7,097 bases of DNA from a virus. Lineage: Duplodnaviria > Heunggongvirae > Uroviricota > Caudoviricetes. The notes under the pieces are model-generated. The model was given only the letters and a program-made list of their open reading frames with translations, was not told the origin of the DNA and ran no database searches. The position numbers and the translations under genes were made by a program. The DNA lies in IMG/VR virus record IMGVR_UViG_2778261064_000012; one strand, given 5' to 3'. This document shows, one piece after another, positions 6,807 through 7,097 of this stretch (the stretch's first letter is position 1; the number at the start of each line of letters is the position of its first letter).

Positions 6807-7097
6807 TTAACCTGCAGCGCTGACAGTCACCGCAGCCACAGCCACAAAATTCCCGTCAGCGGTCATGCCCACAATGCTGACACTGCCCTGCTTCACGCCT
6901 TTCACCGTGGCCACAAGCCCGTTCAGGGTCACCGTGGCAGTCTGTGGATCTGACGAATGCACACTGATCGCTTTGTCACTGGCTCCGTCAGGTTTTACTG
7001 TAAAGGTCAGCGTGGTGGTTGTGTAACTTCGCGTTTTTTTCTGGGCTAATTGACGCGCAATTCCGGGCGGGGAGCGCGCAACCCAAAAGCCCAGAAT
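6807..7097 (-). CDS. V: Major tail (tube) protein V, C-terminal ~96 aa including an Ig-like (Big_2-type) domain; the CDS start lies beyond the window end
   Basis: The minus-strand frame is open from 7097 to TAA 6809..6807. My translation is ILGFWVARSPPGIARQLAQKKTRSYTTTTLTFTVKPDGASDKAISVHSSDPQTATVTLNGLVATVKGVKQGSVSIVGMTADGNFVAVAAVTVSAAG*, with the alternating Thr/Val/Ser/Ala beta-strand pattern typical of a bacterial Ig-like domain, as found at the C-terminus of lambda gpV. It is absent from the ORF track because it has no start codon in the window. Confidence 0.8.
   Translation of the reverse strand: MLGFWVARSPPGIARQLAQKKTRSYTTTTLTFTVKPDGASDKAISVHSSDPQTATVTLNGLVATVKGVKQGSVSIVGMTADGNFVAVAAVTVSAAG

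Noticed and set aside
1-7097. Possibility of an embedded defence system, moron, toxin-antitoxin pair, CRISPR array, tRNA or IS element
   Set aside because: Every intergenic gap is 60 nt or less and all sizeable ORFs are accounted for by the canonical tail genes. No direct-repeat arrays, tRNA-like structures or terminal inverted repeats were seen, and there is no room for cargo in this window.

Overview
The whole window is the tail-assembly module of a lambda-like (lambdoid) siphovirus or prophage, with every gene on the minus strand in the canonical lambda order V - G - (G-T frameshift) - H - M - L - K - I - J. The window begins inside J and ends inside V. Genes are tightly packed or overlapping (H/M share TAATG; K/I overlap by 103 nt; T/H overlap by 29 nt), and there is no inserted cargo, moron, tRNA, CRISPR array or IS element. 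I do not see an undescribed system here. The points worth a second look are: a variant G-T -1 frameshift heptamer (GGAAAAG instead of lambda's GGGAAAG); a strong terminator-like hairpin between V and G; a palindromic hairpin between I and J; a tape measure protein (1018 aa) longer than lambda gpH (853 aa); a full-length two-domain K protein (JAMM/MPN plus NlpC/P60); and apparent mosaicism, with the L-K-I-J tip genes looking much closer to lambda than V/G/T/H/M. All homology statements come from reading the translations and from memory of lambda proteins; no database search was run. Several ORFs in the supplied track begin at TTG/GTG codons rendered as M, so I re-derived start codons from the sequence.
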